The notes: generated by a model from the letters alone, not told the origin. Shown: positions 1-12,995, counted from the first letter of the whole stretch. The stretch is 63,071 nt of DNA, filler included, from Folioceros fuciformis (GCA_049999805.1; 4 parts of 2 records of this genome joined end to end with filler, not necessarily neighbours in it), one strand, 5' to 3'. A program made the numbers and translations.

Positions 1-3000
1 AGCAAAATGCCTTCCGTCATCCCAAAGTAACACTTCTTCGGATGCAGGCACAGCTTAGCCTCCCTACACCTCTCTAGGCATTTCCTCAGATGTCGCAGAT
101 GATCCTCCTCTGTCCCGAATACACAGAAGTTGTCCAGGAAAACTTCCATGAAGTCGCGGAGGAAGTCTTTAAAAATTTTAACGATCACTCTCATGAAAGA
201 CCCTGGCGCTCCCGTCAAACCAAAAGCACTGCGCTTGTAGGCATACGTCCCCCAATCGGTAGTGAATGCGATCAGCGGCCAGTCACTCTCCCGGAGATGT
301 AGCTGGTTGTAGCCCGAGTATCCATCTAGGAAGGAGTACATCATCCGTCCTGTGACTAAGTCCAAAATATTGTCAATGAACGGCAGAAATGGTCCTTCTG
401 GGTTACCTTATTCAGTCTCCTCTAGTCCTGGCACACTCTGATCTTGCCTGGTTGCTTCTTGGGTACCACGACTATGGGCGCTACCCATTCCGAGGTGACG
501 ATGGGATAAATAATGTTCGCCCTCAAGTACAATTTTAGTTGTTCCTTCACTTTTAGTGAGTACTTCGGATTTAGTTTGTACTGAGGAATCCTGACTGGCA
601 CTGCTCCCGGCTCCAACTCAATCTTGTGCTCCCCCCACTCCTTAGGTATTCGATGATGTCGAAGGCAAATACAATGAATTCCGCTAGCAGATCCTTCATC
701 CCTTTTTCCAACACCGCATCTAGCTTAGTGGAGAACTTGAGGGTTTTCCATGGTAGGACCTCCACATCCTTGATCTTGTCTGCCTGCACCCACTCCCGTT
801 CCACCGGTGCTGAGGTGACCCCAAATCCCTCCTCAAGTCTTTGGGGTTCTGCTTCCTTGATCCCCCACTCGCGGAAGAGCTCTTCAGAGGTAATTTTTGT
901 GACACCCTCCTGTGTTTCTCCCAGCTCAAGCGACTTCGCCCTTGCTTCCTTTGCTGGTTCAATCACCTCGGGAGTCAAGTGGGCTACCTCCCGTTCCCCT
1001 GGGGCTACCACAGCAGTTGAGGCGACTACCTCTCATCCCCCTCCATCTACCTCGGTGGTCGAGTTGGCTTCCACCGACTCTAACTCCACATTCTCATGGT
1101 CTTCCATGACTCTGTAACAACTGACCACGGGTAGACGGCGCTGGTAATCCTTCTCCTCGTCCGACCAAGAGATATGTGCAAAAGGGAACCTCTTGTCTTC
1201 ATCTGCTTGCCCGCCTGTTTCTTCGGCTGAGGTGTATCCATTTGTTTCGGACAGGGTTTCTCCAGCATACATGTCCTTGCCCCATGACAAACAGATCCTT
1301 CCTTCCTTGGTCTTTGGGTCCCACCCCAATGGTTTAAACCCTACCTCCTTCCGGCCCCACCTAAAGGTACATCGGGCACCATACATCCAGGTTCTCCCAA
1401 TCACTACTTCATATCTCGGGGCCTTTTGCTTAATCACCACATAATCCATAAGATATGGAATGGTGCCGATGTGAGTCAAAACTCCAAGGATCTCCCCAAC
1501 GGGCGCCATTTTTGACATGTTTGCCAGTCGCATAACTTTGGTGGTGTGCTCGATCTCCAACCCCAGCTTCTGAGCTATGTCTTCAGTCATGATATTCACT
1601 TTGGACCCTGTGTCTAAAGGTACCTTTTTAATCACACACCTTGCGATCTCAATTTGCAACTCGGCCGGCCCTTGGTCCATCATCGTTACCAAGTTTACCG
1701 GATAGGTCTTTGGCCTCACCCTTGGCAGACTTTGCCTCCGCTTGGGCTGTGCCATCTTTAGCACTCGTTGCAGCTACTGCCTGTATCGGGGTGTGTCTTG
1801 GAGTAACTGGCCAAAAGTCACCATGAATTTTTGATCCATAATGGCTTCGGCCAAGTCAAGCACTCGCGTTCTCCCCTTCTCAGCTTTTGCAGTAGGTCGC
1901 TCATCCACCTTCCCCGGCCCTTCCTGGTCACCGGTAGTTGCGGAACCGGGTTGCCTTTCACCAACCGTCGCCGTTCGTTCAGGAGTTTGGTCCAACTCTT
2001 CTCGGATCATCTCTGCTACCTCTTGCCGAACATCTGGAGGAAAACCCAACGTTCTTAATCTGTCAAGCCGTGAGATTCCTTCGACTCCTTCCACCCCTTG
2101 AGCTGGTTCACTTATGAATTGTTGTTCTCTCCCGGTGCGCTTCACCAAATCAACTGCCACCTCTTCTCCTGCTGTCGCCTCCACTGGGTTTTCCGGTACC
2201 TCCTCCGGCTCCTCGGGTGATAATGGTTCCTTCTCACCACTGCTCACGGAAGTCGCTATGTCGGCCGATGTATCCGAGAGGGCAGGTTGCCCTCTTCCCC
2301 CTCGCTTCCTTTCTGTCGACTCATCAGCCCCCTTGGTGGCTCTGGTTTTGCCTCGAGTTCGGACCGCCATGGCGGGCGCCTCCTCATAGTACCTTTCATC
2401 CAGGTTGCCCAAGCCCTCTAGTTCTCTCAGCATGTGAGCCTCTGCGTCCTCCCATATAGCCATCAGTGCGTCTATTACTTGCGCAGTCGGTGGGGCACTA
2501 GGGCCAACAGGCTGGATCACAGTTGCCGGGGTAGGAGCGATCCTTACATGTTTTTTTGGTATTGTGCATAGAACGCTCCCGGCAACATGGCCCACCTGCT
2601 TGCAGTTATTGCACATCCTCTCGTAATCGCCGTTCCCCTGTGGCGTCGCTGAAGGACAACTGTTCGCAAAGTGGCCTATGCCTCGACAGTTGTCACACTG
2701 GATTATCGTCAACTGTCCTGGATTCTTGGCAGCTTGGCCCCTCATACCCATAGGTGCGTTATTGCACAGGTGTGGGGGATAGGCCGTTTTTGGGTACCCC
2801 AACATAGGCGTTGCTTCCTGAACTTGATAGGGATCCTCCATATAGGCTTCTTCCCCCTCTTCCTCGTATTCCACAATCTGCACCTTCACTTGCGGACAAC
2901 TCGCCCTTGAATGACCCTGCTGCCCACAAGTCGAGTAGAAGAGGTTGACTCTTCCTCCCATCGCGGCTCTCCGCCTCTCCTGATCCTTTACCGCTTGATC

Positions 3001-3350
3001 TACAGCTTCTCCAGTTTGGCCAAAACCTCCCCCAGCTTATTTCCTTGCTGCTGGACCTTCTTGGTTGCTAGCTCCACTTCCTTCCTTACTTGATCAGCTC
3101 CCCGTGGAGACTCTGGCTTGGCCTTCCCTAACTCCTTACTCTTGGATTGATGTTTCTTGCTCGATCCTGCCTTCATCACTTTCTTATTCTTTCTTCGTAT
3201 TCTCTCATCCTCCGATGAGTCCTCTTCTGAGCACGACGAGTCCTCTGTTGTCGGACTGTCCGATAAAATACTTGAGGAACCTTTGTGGGGTTAAAATATG
3301 GTATCCGGCGGTACCGCGAGGTCCACACAAGCCCTCTATGTCGTTGTAGC
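1..3350 (-). mobile_element. Degenerate Ty3/Gypsy LTR retrotransposon gag-protease-RT (pol runs off the left window edge)
   Basis: The minus strand carries gag zinc knuckles (CDNCRGIGHFANSC, CNNCKQVGHVAGSVLC, and a mutated YSTCGQQGHSRASC) and an aspartic protease motif LDTGSKVNIM (1033-1764). RT motifs follow directly: WVAPIVVVPKK..KIRVC, YSFLDGYSGYNQL, AFTTDWGTYAY, MEVFLDNFCV and LHPKKCYF. RT directly after protease is the Gypsy order. There are several in-frame stops and frameshifts. The upstream boundary is approximate. Confidence 0.92.
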
Positions 3351-4429
3351 TCTGGGATTCGATCCCAAGGGAATGATTCGTGTTAAACTACACAGGTTAG
3401 CTTCTAAAGTCAATTAGCACCTAAACTGGTCAGGGTGAGACAAGACCTGACCCTGTTCCCCCAACCTTCGGTCCTCGATTCCCTGGACAGCTGGTTCTCG
3501 TTCTCCCTGCTGGCCTGTCTGCTCCAGGGCTGTCCCCCCTTCCTCCTGATCAGCCCCCATGCTCACACTTGGTCCACACCGTAGACCACCCCCTCCTCAA
3601 TGGCAGGTCTGCCCTCTTATACTACCCCGGCCCAAGACCCCATCTCTGTCTACTAGGTTAGCCTCAGTCCACTGCCAACAGTCTCTCTCGCCGACCTAGC
3701 CTATCCCTAATTCTGACCTAAGCTGCCCCTAACTCTGACCTAACCCTAACCCCACCTAAGAGGGGTTGTGTCCCTTTGACACCACTAGGTGCCCTTACCA
3801 AAATTGACCAACCTCTCGAGACTACCAAATCGTTAGTGCCTTCCAATACTCTCCCCCTTCTCTCAGAGCATTCCATCCCTTTCCTTCAGAGCATCCTGCA
3901 ACCCATCAGAGCCTCCACCTCTTCAGGTTCGTTCAGCCCCCACGCTGCTAGTCTGGTGCCCTTGAAGGGCAACCTTATATACTTGGCACTCCACCATCTG
4001 GCCCCACACTTGCGAGTAGCATGTCTGTATTCAGACCTTCCGCCTACTGGCAGCTCGTAGGAGGGGTGCGTTGCTCAGGCCCCAATCAGTGCAGGGGTGC
4101 CGTTGCAGGGCTCTCGAGTGAATTGGGATCTGCCAAGGTTGACTATTCCACGCCCCACATAACCATTGTTCCTTTGCATGAATCTTCTGCCAATTGCCCA
4201 ATCCATCCTCCCCCTTCCAACCCCAGCAGGTTCTGGAACTCGGGCCCCCAGCATCCCCTCCTGCACAAATGCCTTCAGCAACGAAACCTAGAACACCAGC
4301 CCCCGAGTTGCACTTGTCCACTCGCCCTCAATTCGACACCTCCCTACAGCGCTATCATTGACACAGGCCTTCGCTATCACCTAGTTTCGGATCGGGTAGT
4401 CGACGTGTGCTTGCCCCGTATTTGCCACT

Positions 4430-5250
4430 GCCAGCCAGCCAATTAGCCGCCCTAGCTTGACTACCTTCTGCCGATTTGGCCGGCCACCCAGCCAGCAAGC
4501 TTGGCACCCGATCAGCCCGCCTACCTACATGCTGGCCCCCCGGGACCGCAGCCGGGTCCGACCCCGACCCCAGGCCTGGCTGTCCAGACCCGCCTGGGCA
4601 AACAGCCAAGCCGCCATGATCCGGCCAGACCGTGCTCCACCCCGCTGCCATGGACCGGCCAACCAGCCGGCCTAGCTGACCCCTCCACAGCAGCCCCCGA
4701 TCCGGCTCCTGCCGCCTGTTTGCCTCAGCCTGGAGTGCCCTGCCTTTGACCCTGGCAGCCGCCTGCCTGGCCTACTGAATCCGACGGCTACTGAGCCACC
4801 TGCTGGCTTCCCGATCCGGACCTGCCTGCCTAGCAGCTAGGTCGCTTGCCCACCACGATCCAGGCCAGCCTGCCTGGTTGCTTGGATCCTGCCATCCGGC
4901 ACTGCCGACCCCTGCTCGAGCTCCTGCAGCCAGGCCACTGCCCGGCTTACAAATTCGGCCTCGGCCTGCCATGCCCAGAGCACCCTGCCGACAGCCCGCC
5001 TCCAGCGTCTCGCTCGGCCGACAGCGCCCACCTGACCGGTACCAGGCTGCCTGTTTGCAACCGAGCCGAGCTGCCTGCCTGCAACCGTGACCAACCACGG
5101 CCAGCCCGGGTGCCCAGCCAAGCCTCTTACACTCTAGCTGGCCGATTTGCCCAGGTAGGCCGCCAATCCGATCAGCCAACCTGTCCGCCCACATCCGACT
5201 GGCCGACAGCCTGCTTGGGAGCCTGCAGCCAGGCCGCTGCCTGGCTTTAG
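4430..5250. repeat. Very GC-rich low-complexity tract of short reiterated motifs (cctgcctg, ggccagcc, ccgatcc); probably the leader or LTR of the Gypsy element
   Basis: The motifs recur visibly and composition switches abruptly to AT-rich at about 5250. Assignment to the element is an inference from position. Confidence 0.45.
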
Positions 5251-5482
5251 GATTTATTAAGAAATAATTATTTTCGGTTCATTAAACAGCCTTTACTAGC
5301 TTTAAACCTAGTTCGTAGATTGGTTAATTATTTATTATATTTATTAGGGTTATGAAACGGTTATGCATCTCTTGCTCATATGCACACACACTGATACGAA
5401 ACGTCATTCCTTAATCGGTGTTTTCTTCTTGCTCTTCCCGTCGCACTCAGCGATGCACATCTGGTCTCGCTGATTTCGTTTA

Positions 5483-5494
5483 TGGTATCAGAGC
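5483..5494 (+). promoter_or_regulatory. Primer-binding site (tRNA-iMet) of the Copia element
   Basis: TGGTATCAGAGC, the canonical plant iMet PBS, lies about 1 kb upstream of the Copia gag-pol ATG. Confidence 0.9.
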
Positions 5495-5776
5495 TCTATT
5501 TCTAATGTCTGGAAGCATCTAGTGAAATATATAACTGGGCACAAGATCCAGTGCTCATCATCCTGATGGCCACTGCATCCCGCGCCCACAATATGCCACA
5601 CTACCTGAAGACAAACATTATATCAACGGCTTCCTGGAAGAATCAATGGCTATTCTCTTCTACCCTAATAGAAGAGGCCTACCCTACTTGCAGCAGCGAC
5701 CACAACCTGGTCTGACGCCAGACACCTCTTCTCCTGCTGCATCAAGCCGAAAGGGGCGAAGTCAAGGACTTTGGAA

Positions 5777-6385
5777 ATGACAAGAAGTCATAAATTGCAA
5801 ATCTGCAGATGCAATTTACCTCAGGCACCAATTTGTCGTTCAAAATGCTGTAGTCTCCATGTAGGGTGTGTCAGCACTCGTTTTTCCTGCACCTCCCATC
5901 ATTCTGAACCACCTGTTTCATGCTCTCCGCACTTTTGTAAACAGCACGACTGCCAACCTCGCTTCACTAAGCATAAACAGGATTTGCCGCCTATCTACAT
6001 TCAGCGATTGGAATCCACTCTCCACAAACTCAGGGTCTTAGAGAAAGATGTCCATAAACATCTCTGCAAATCCAAATCAGAGAACATCTCATTTAGGCAG
6101 CAATTAGGTCGGTTAGAAAAGCGAGTCCAACAATTGACAATTACATTGCAGGAATCCTCTCAAGAAACATATGCATATTCCCTTTCGACCCCACCTGTCT
6201 CAAGCGTAGATCCAGTGGTGTCCCTTGTTCATGATCTGCAACCTGAGTCATCAAAAACGCAAAGGCCCTATACGCCACTGCCAGAACCAGCCATGCTTGG
6301 ATCCTGCACCCCAATTCCAGAACCCATAGAGTTCATACTTGAAGGTATTGCCTCCCACTTGCGCAATACCACTGCCGTCCAGTGA
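5777..6385 (+). CDS. Extra ORF inside the Copia element between PBS and gag; Cys/His-rich N-part, predicted coiled coil, Pro-rich tail
   Basis: About 200 stop-free codons from ATG 5777, with a heptad-like segment IQRLESTLHKLRVLEKDV...FRQQLGRLEKRVQQLTITLQE. It ends 72 nt before the gag ATG. Confidence 0.45.
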   Translation: MTRSHKLQICRCNLPQAPICRSKCCSLHVGCVSTRFSCTSHHSEPPVSCSPHFCKQHDCQPRFTKHKQDLPPIYIQRLESTLHKLRVLEKDVHKHLCKSKSENISFRQQLGRLEKRVQQLTITLQESSQETYAYSLSTPPVSSVDPVVSLVHDLQPESSKTQRPYTPLPEPAMLGSCTPIPEPIEFILEGIASHLRNTTAVQ

Positions 6386-6457
6386 GACGGTGCATCTGCA
6401 ACCTGGTTCCTGCACCCAATCACCACATTGCGTTAGGATCTAAACAACGCAATAAGA

Positions 6458-9400
6458 ATGTCAATCAAAATCGAGTTCAAGGACAGGGACAGGTTCAATG
6501 GATCAGACTTTGCAGTCTGGCAGATGCGGATGATAGCAATTTTTGAAGAGCACGAGCTTATGAACATCGTAGATGGCTCACTTGGACTTCCTTCGTCCAA
6601 CCCAATACCACCTGCAAGACAACCTGTAGTCGATGTTATTTCAGCCTGGCATAAAAAGGACAAGAAGGCCAGAAATATCTTACTTTCAGCACTCGACAGA
6701 AATATGATTCAGCACACGCAGGGACAAACGACTGCGCATGATGTCTGGAAAGTTTTTCTCGATATGTTTGCGGCCAAGGACTCTATGTCTCTTATAAACT
6801 GTACACGTATGTTTTACCCACTTCGAATGAAAGAAACTGAAACAATGGAACATCATCTCCACCGTTTTCGTACCTTGCGGGCTCGTTTGGCTGCAGCAGG
6901 AGAAATCTTGACCGAGTTGAAGGCAGCTACTGTTCTGTTGGCGTCCTTACCACCAAGTTTCAGGACGTTTGTTAGTTCACAATCAACCTTGTTAAGACAA
7001 CTGGGTTCATCTGTAACTCTGTCGGAGGTCATCGGAGCCCTACTGGAAGAGGAATCCAATAGGATTGGGACTGGAAGACCATCTACATCAAATCAACAGC
7101 ATGTGTTATATACCTCTCGCAACCGAGGCAGAGGTAGAGGACGAGGACAGAATTTTGCTCCTCGACGTCCATATCTAGGACACCAAAACACTTATACTCC
7201 TCGCAGAGTTAAAGGCCCATGTAACTGGTGCCGTATCCCAGGGCATTTTGAGAATGAATGCCGTAAGAAACTTGCAGGCGAGCCTCGTCGACCTGCAGTA
7301 CAAGTCGAAACACATGTAGTTGTTAGACCATCACCGACAAACAATAGCAACAAGCCTCCGACGATACTAGCAATATGTTTATCTCTTACCAGAGCTGCCG
7401 CGAATATGTGGTTCCTTGACTCCAAAGCCACTAATCATGTCTGCCAATCACGGGACATGTTCTCTACTTATACCTCCTCCCAAACAAGTCAGTTCGTGTT
7501 ATTGGGAGATGATAGTGGTCTGTCCATCCAGGGGACAGGTGAAATTCCACTACACCTAAATCATGGCCAAAGCATATTGCTCACAGGGGTACTACATGTC
7601 CCCAGTATGACGAAGAATCTGCTTTCTGTTCACAAATTGACTTATGATCATAGCCTGCAGATCAATTTTACCCCTTTCTCCTGTACAGTCTCACCAGTTT
7701 CACAACCTTCTCTAACGTTGGCAAACGGTTTCCCATATCATGACCTTTACCACCTGCACGTAACCATGAATGATAGTAAGTCCCAGAAACAACATGCACA
7801 ACAAACCTTTGTTGCAGACGCTAGACCTAAAGTGAGTCCCACTTTCCTTTGGCATTGCAGGTTGGGTCACCCTAGCCTAGCATACCTTGATCGTGTCGTG
7901 CAGCATAAGGACTTGTACAAGGATGGACTTACCCTTAAACCTGATGCCACTTTGTTTTGTGAAAGCTGTCAAATAGGGAAACTCACACAAAAGCCATATA
8001 ATGACCCTTTACCAACTAGAGCGACCTCTTTGTTAGAAGTGGTCCACTCGGATGTGTGCGGTCCTATGTCCACTCAGTCTTTTGGTGGCGCAGTTTATTT
8101 CCTATCTTTCCTGGACGAGTGGAGTCACTTCTGCAAGTTATATTTCCTGCACAGCCGACAACAAGTATTCAGCAAGTTTTGCGAATACACAGCTATGGCA
8201 GAAACACAGACGGGGTGTAAGATCAAGCGTCTTCGGACAGATAATGCTAAGGAATACCTCAGTTCCGAGTTTTCAGACTTCTGTAAATCAAAAGGCATTG
8301 TGCACCAGTTGACAGTGCCATATCATCCTCCGCAGAATCCTTTTGCCGAGCGCTATAACAGGACACTACAAGAAAGGACAAGGGCTACACTTACACTGGC
8401 TGGCCTAACCCGGGGCTATTGGGCTGAAGCGGTAGATTTTGTTAACTATGTAGCAAATCGCCTTCCACTGAAGCCCTTATTCAATATTACGCCTTTTGAG
8501 CGATGGACTGGACACAAGCCCCGCATAAGCCACCTCCGGATTTTTGGCGCTGTGGCATACGCCTATGTACCTGCAGACAAACGTTATAAGATGGATAACA
8601 GGGCTACAAAACATGTCTTCGTTGGCTACTCCGACCACATCAAGGGTTACAAGTTATACAATCCCGTCACTAGGGACTTATCAATTGCTTGCAGTGTGAG
8701 TTTCAATGAAACTTTTGTTCTTCAGTCACACTCACGCACAAGCTCAAGTCATGAACCCTTACCTGTATCCTCTGTCTACGGCCATACTCCAGCAGATTAT
8801 TTCTCTGATCAGCCTATCCAGTCAAACCTGGAGGACACCTCTTTTGTTCTTTCTGACTATGACTCTGAAGAAGCACAAGTTACAGTACCTTCTACCCTGG
8901 ATAATCCACAGCCAGCCTCGACGAACAGCTTGAACGATGGCCTCCCACCTGCCGAGATAAACACGCCTTTGCCTGAGAGGGATGATCTAGGTCTTACAGA
9001 AGCCACTGATCCGGGAGCTCCAGAGCAAATGAATATACCTTTTCGTCGTTCTTCACGTCCTCATCGTCCTCGTTCAGCCTGGCTAGACCCCCCTTACGAG
9101 CCTGGTGATTCCTTAGTCTCCTGGTCTGCTGTTGACGTCAGTGTTTTCGATAGCTCACGTGTCAGCCTAGCCCAAGTGTCTCAGCACACAGCCATGACCA
9201 TTATGGAACATCCTGACACGCCACTCACATACAAGGAAGCTCTCAGTTCCCCACATAAACATGACTGGCAGAAAGCAATAGATAGCGAGTACAAATCCTT
9301 GATGGATAACCACACTTGGCGACTGGTTAAATTACCAGCTGGGAGGAGAGCCATTACCAGCAAATGGGTCTTCAAGTTGAAGCTACATCCTGATGGGTCT

Positions 9401-10575
9401 GTTGCAAGGTACAAGGCCCGCCTTGTTGCTCGTGACTACACCCAAGTGCAAGGTCTTGATTACAACGAAACGTTTAGCCCTGTCATAAAGCCCACATCAA
9501 TGCGTATACTACTATGTTTTGCCATACAACAGGGACTTCTTGTCCATCAGATGGACGTCAAAATAGCCTTTTTAAATGGCCCTTTAGATGAAACTATCTA
9601 TATGGAGCAGCCAGAGGGTTATGTGTTTGATCCTGACCTTGTCTGTGAACTCCTCAAATCCATTTACGGTTTGAAGCAGTCAGCTCGTGTCTGGAACGGC
9701 CGGGCTGATGCGAAACTTTGTGCACTTGGTTTCCAGCCAATCACTGCCGACTCTACTGTTTATATTCTGCACAGGGAAAACCAGTTGTGCATTATAGCAT
9801 TATATGTGGATGATAACTTCATATTCGCCAGTGATGATGGGATACTTACGTATATCAAACAGCAGCTTTCTGAAGAATGGGATATGACGGATGTCGGCCC
9901 TTTACGTTTTGCTCTAGGGATTCAGTTCTTCTTCGACCCCACAGCACACTCGGTTACCTTGTGCCAGGAACACTTCATCCGCCAGATCTTGACCAAGTTC
10001 ACATTGCAGAATATCAATCCTGTGTCAACTCCTTCTGCATCCGGCGAAAAATTATCTCTGGCAGACTGCCCTACTACAACATCGGAAAAGGCTGAGATGT
10101 CAATGATACCTTATCGGGAAGTTGTCGGCAGCTTACTGTACTTGGCCAGTTGGACTCGGCCCGACATCTCACATGCTACTGGACTTGTCTCACGTTTCCT
10201 GTCTAACCCAGGGAAACGACATTGGGTGGCAGTCAAACGAATCCTCCGTTACTTGAAGGGAACTAGTAATCGTTGTTTGAAGTATACCAAGGCAGATAAT
10301 TTTTACCTTACCAGTTACTCTGACGCAGATTGGGCCGGAGACATTGACAGTAGGAGGTCGATTGCTGCATACTGTACCCTTTTGTGCGGCTCCGCCATCA
10401 GTTGGCAGAGCAAGAAGCTCTCCACTATTAGCCTCTCATCTACTGAGGCCGAGTACAGTGCACTCTCCCTGGCAGCTCGCGAAATAACCTGGATAAGACA
10501 GTTTTTTTTAGACATCAATATGGAGCAGCAACGGCCAACTATATTACAGTGCGACAACCAGTCCGCAATTGCACT
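6458..10575 (+). mobile_element. Ty1/Copia gag-pol polyprotein (gag, zinc knuckle, protease, GAG-pre-integrase, integrase, RT, RNase H), cut by an assembly linker
   Basis: Motifs in order: FNGSDFAVWQMRM, CNWCRIPGHFENEC, WFLDSKATNHV, LWHCRLGHPS...CESC, VHSDVCGP, LRTDNAKEY, KARLVARDYTQ, HQMDVKIAFLNG, LYVDD, YSDADWAGD, STEAEY, CDNQSAI. Integrase precedes RT, which is the Copia order. The reading frame is uninterrupted up to the gap. Confidence 0.97.
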
Positions 10576-10675
10576 NNNNNNNNNNNNNNNNNNNNNNNNN
10601 NNNNNNNNNNNNNNNNNNNTTAATTAATTAANNNNNNNNNNNNNNNNNNNNNNNNNNNNNNNNNNNNNNNNNNNN
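10576..10675. other. Artificial contig-joining linker (N44-TTAATTAATTAA-N44)
   Basis: A 100-nt N run with a central palindrome giving stops in all six frames. Identical structures occur at 28165 and 48643. Confidence 0.95.
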
Positions 10676-10771
10676 GTCTCCGTCTCCGTCTCCCTCTCGC
10701 CCATTCCTGCCTGTGAAATTGACTGCTGTTTGCTTCACACTTTTTGGCTCATGTGGTGTTTAAACTTGCAG

Positions 10772-11278
10772 GTTTGTTTATGGCGCTTCAGAAGAGGATA
10801 ATCGTGTGTGGCCCACAGCTGGCAGCCTTTGCTATGGTGGTGCGTTTCCTGACTGGCCCAGCGGTGATGGCAGCTGCGTCCATAGCCGTTGGGCTCAGGG
10901 GCAGGGAGTTGCACATTGCGATTGTACAAGTGAGTGCTCGGGAACGTGTGACCTCTCTTGCTCTGTCGTGCACCCTGTTCAGCTCTAACCTATGTGTGGT
11001 GCACGTACATTTCCTCACAGGCAGCCCTTCCCCAAGGAATTGTGCCCTTCGTGTTTGCAAAAGAGTACGACCTGCACCCTGACATCCTGAGCACAGCGTG
11101 AGACTTCTGGTCCCTCAAACACTCTCATGTTTTGCAGACCACAGACTGTGATTCCAGACACGGATGCTGAGCAGGAACAGAAACCTACCGTGCTTTTGCT
11201 GTTTGGTGCAGAGTGATCTTCGGCATGCTCATTGCCCTACCAATCACGCTGGTCTACTATGTGGCGATGGGCATCTGA
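10772..11278 (+). CDS. PIN: PIN-FORMED auxin efflux carrier, last three exons (10772-10929, 11021-11097, 11212-11278); 5' part absent
   Basis: Spliced translation [39 protein letters not shown] | [25 protein letters not shown] | [22 protein letters not shown] is the classic PIN C-terminus. The introns are GT-AG. Confidence 0.96.
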
Positions 11279-12995
11279 CAGGCCGCTGCCGGAGTGTGTA
11301 ACGCACGATGTGGCTCCAAGTTGGAGGGTGTGGCAGGCAGGCCTGGGAAGGCAGGCCACTGACACCGCCTCCAGGGATACGAACAAAGACTGCCTGTCTC
11401 CCACGCGGCCTTTGGCATGTGCAACTAACACACTGGGTATGAGAGGCCTGTGGAGGGGGTCAGCAAATTTTCACCTTGGGAAGAAGTGAATCCCTGATAT
11501 AATTTTGTATAAGCATTCAAGGCTAGTATGTAGTTTACAGGAGTGTTGGAGGCAACACAACGGGGCAGCTTTCGTCCTTCAGCAAACAGCCTCCATCAAA
11601 GCTTTCCAGCAGGTGAGCAGTCTACATTATCACGCTTGGTGATGTGTAAGTGAACCTTGCAAGCGCTTGGTCGATCAACTGACTAGCGTATGGAACACGC
11701 TGTTGTGACTGCAGAAGTGTTCACGGTGGAACGGTGAGATGGTGAGAGCCGGGAAGCCTTCTCATCTCATGATTGGATTCCTCCTGCGCTGCCGGGAGTG
11801 TTGTGTAAAATATAGCCCTCTTTTTCTGTATGGACTGGACTTGCATACTTTGCGTTTGCCGGGTTTGCAGTACGAGACCTGTGCAAAACTCACACACCAT
11901 CACTTTCGATCCTCAAGTAAGACTTCCGATTTCAGGGTGATTCTGGCCAGTGCACGCTCTGGGAATGAACTCCCCAAACTACAAGCGTGGGTGTCTGTTG
12001 GACACCCTTGCACGACGACCAACTCCAGATGCGCGCGGCACCTGGACGGTAGACTGTAAAATTTCCTGGTTTCATCCTCGTCATTCAATAGCAATCTACA
12101 GGTCTGAGCTACAATCTACTCTGCTGTCGCATTTCAAGGAAGACGAGTACGGGTAGGCCCGCGTCAGGCATAGAGCATTACGTGTCTGGCTCTGACCCCT
12201 TGCTCCTGTCCCCTTGCTCTTGCGTTTGCTGGTAAATGTCCAAGCCCTTTCTCCTTCCTTCTGCTGAGCATACGCTGCTCCAACACTTGCAGTGGCGCGT
12301 CCCCAATTCCCGTACTACCCCTACGCAAGATGCTACCGACGAAAACATCCGACTCACATAAGTCACAGCCTGAGCGTGTATGTGCGTGTCCCATACATCT
12401 TACCAAGATGCTGCCCACGACTCAATCTGTCTCCAAGGTTTTGCAGCCTAGCCTGAGCGTGGATCTTTTACTTTGAACAATGACTTTGACGTTGATATAT
12501 TATGGCCATGCACAGGGCGGCATGGCCTTTTCCTTTGCCAGGATGCTACAGTTACGGCAATGGCAAGAATGCTGTAAATAGGCCGAATCTCTGCTTCTTC
12601 TTTTCTTCTATCTCTGCTTTCCTTGAATCCCCCTGTGCAAAATTCTTAACACGCTTATGCTCCGTGGCCAAGGTAATATAATATTTATTTAATCAAATTA
12701 AATAAATATTGGTACAGAAAATATGAGAAAATTTACGAATGTCACTGCATAACNNNNNNNNNNNNNNNNNNNNNNNNNNNNNNNNNNNNNNNNNNNNNNN
12801 NNNNNNNNNNNNNNNNNNNNNNNNNNNNNNNNNNNNNNNNNNNNNNNNNNNNNATAAAGATTCGTGTAAAGAATAATGTTGATGATAAAAGTTGCTACTA
12901 GAAATGGTAAAGGGTACTACTGTGGATAGTAAAGATTGGTGCCATTATGCTCTTCTTATGAACCCTAAACTTTCTTTTCATGCCATTGAATTCTG

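Noticed and set aside
3740..3755. Telomere-like TAACCC / TTAGGG motifs (also near 29725)
   Set aside because: Only about two imperfect units; not a telomeric array.
3985..3996. Possible tRNA-Ala PBS (TGGTGGAG, minus strand) for the Gypsy element
   Set aside because: Only about 8 nt match and no LTR end could be defined next to it.
10620..10631. TTAATTAATTAA palindrome as a regulatory or PacI-type site
   Set aside because: It is centred in N runs three times and is an artificial linker.
10576..10772. Copia insertion disrupting the PIN gene
   Set aside because: The two are separated by an artificial linker, so adjacency is unproven.
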